Source: Candidatus Iainarchaeum sp. (GTDB taxonomy: Archaea; Iainarchaeota; Iainarchaeia; Iainarchaeales; 0-14-0-20-30-16). From it: a stretch of DNA of 5,119 nucleotides. Where the stretch lies: positions 1 to 5,119 of the forward strand of contig CAIWXP010000052.1 in NCBI GenBank assembly GCA_903916665.1, read 5' to 3'. Below are positions 4,559 through 5,119 of the stretch, piece after piece. A model generated the notes under the pieces. It had not been told where the DNA came from. It ran no database searches and saw only the letters and a program-made list of their open reading frames with translations. The first letter of the stretch is position 1; every line of letters begins with the position of its first letter. The translations under genes were made by a program, and so were the position numbers.

Positions 4559-5119
4559 ATGCTTCAAACATTAATTCTGGATAACTGGAAAAGCCACAAA
4601 CATAGTGAAATTAACTTTGCTCAAGGTTATAACGTAATTGTTGGCAATATAGGATCAGGAAAAACAAGTATATTTGATGCAATTGTTTTCTGTTTATTTG
4701 GTTCCACTCCTAATGTTACTGCAAGAAAATTACCCATAAAAGATCTGATTATGTCTAAGCCAATTGAACATGATGAAGCAAACCTAACTTTAACATTAAA
4801 GTTAAATGAAGATATTTACAAAATTGAAAGAACACTTTACAAAACTAAAAGTTCTCAGGCAAAAATATATAAAAATGATTTATTGGTAAGGGGTCCAAAA
4901 CCTTCTGATGTTAATGATGAAGTAGAAAAACTTTTAGGAATGAATTTAGATTCATTTATGAAAGCCAACTATGCCGAACAAAATTCAATTGATTACTTTT
5001 TAAAATTACCTGCCAATGAACGAAAAAATCTTTTTGATAATTTATTTGATATTAGTTTCTATGATGATATTTCAATTAATGCTAGACAGGTAAATAATAA
5101 ATTAAAAGCAAAACAAGAA
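4559..5119 (+). CDS. rad50: Rad50 (SbcC/SMC-like DNA double-strand-break repair ATPase), N-terminal 187 codons; continues beyond the window's 3' edge
   Basis: Absent from the ORF track because it is open at the edge. ATG at 4559, hand translation with no stop: MLQTLILDNWKSHKHSEINFAQGYNVIVGNIGSGKTSIFDAIVFCLFGSTPNVTARKLPIKDLIMSKPIEHDEANLTLTLKLNEDIYKIERTLYKTKSSQAKIYKNDLLVRGPKPSDVNDEVEKLLGMNLDSFMKANYAEQNSIDYFLKLPANERKNLFDNLFDISFYDDISINARQVNNKLKAKQE. It has the Rad50 N-terminal layout. A beta-strand leads into the Walker A motif GxxGSGKTS followed by I.DAI.F.L.G. The Q-loop region is YAEQNSIDYFL, followed by P.ERK..FD.LF.I..Y at the start of the coiled coil. Confidence 0.85.
   Translation, partial: MLQTLILDNWKSHKHSEINFAQGYNVIVGNIGSGKTSIFDAIVFCLFGSTPNVTARKLPIKDLIMSKPIEHDEANLTLTLKLNEDIYKIERTLYKTKSSQAKIYKNDLLVRGPKPSDVNDEVEKLLGMNLDSFMKANYAEQNSIDYFLKLPANERKNLFDNLFDISFYDDISINARQVNNKLKAKQE

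Noticed and set aside
1-5119. Possibility of a defence island, mobile element, CRISPR array, toxin-antitoxin pair or other accessory 'novel system' in the window
   Set aside because: Every ORF but one has a clear core-housekeeping identity covering replication, translation, proteasome assembly, DSB repair and glycolysis. There are no long direct or inverted repeats, no integrase, transposase or Cas-like sequences, and no spaced repeat arrays. Intergenic space totals under 300 bp. Claiming a new system would not be supported by the sequence.
1-5119. Alternative genetic code or stop-codon reassignment, sometimes seen in small-genome, AT-rich lineages
   Set aside because: TGA (priS), TAA (gins, aIF2-alpha, PAC2) and TAG (HEAT gene) each terminate an ORF at a length appropriate for its family. 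No family-typical domain is interrupted by an in-frame stop.

Overview
This is an AT-rich archaeal chromosomal segment (roughly 25% GC by hand count of sample lines). It is almost entirely coding and uses the standard genetic code, since TGA, TAA and TAG all terminate ORFs here.

Gene content is core housekeeping:
- A pyruvate-kinase-like gene on the minus strand (1-367) runs off the 5' edge.
- A co-directional plus-strand block follows: priS (primase catalytic subunit), a Gins51/Gins15-type GINS subunit, aIF2-alpha, and a PAC2/Pba-type proteasome assembly chaperone.
- A convergent minus-strand 215-aa HEAT-like repeat protein of unknown function comes next.
- The N-terminal ATPase head of Rad50 (4559-5119) runs off the 3' edge.

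The pyk-like and rad50 genes are missing from the supplied ORF track because they are open at the window edges. I translated both by hand.

Very low GC, divergent protein sequences and tightly packed or overlapping genes suggest a small-genome archaeon (DPANN-like, or an AT-rich methanogen). I cannot resolve the taxon from sequence alone.

I see no CRISPR array, mobile element, tRNA or rRNA, toxin-antitoxin pair or defence-like module, and no convincing undescribed system. This reads as an ordinary informational-gene region.

The items worth a second look are modest:
- The pyruvate-kinase homologue appears to lack the whole B (lid) domain and several ligand residues.
- PriS carries an unusually Cys-rich segment after the catalytic DxD motif.
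- The known archaeal replication-translation gene cluster appears here in a stripped-down form.
- The HEAT-repeat protein is a compositional outlier with an Arg-rich tail, and it shares a 49-bp divergent promoter region with rad50.
- rad50 has no mre11 upstream.
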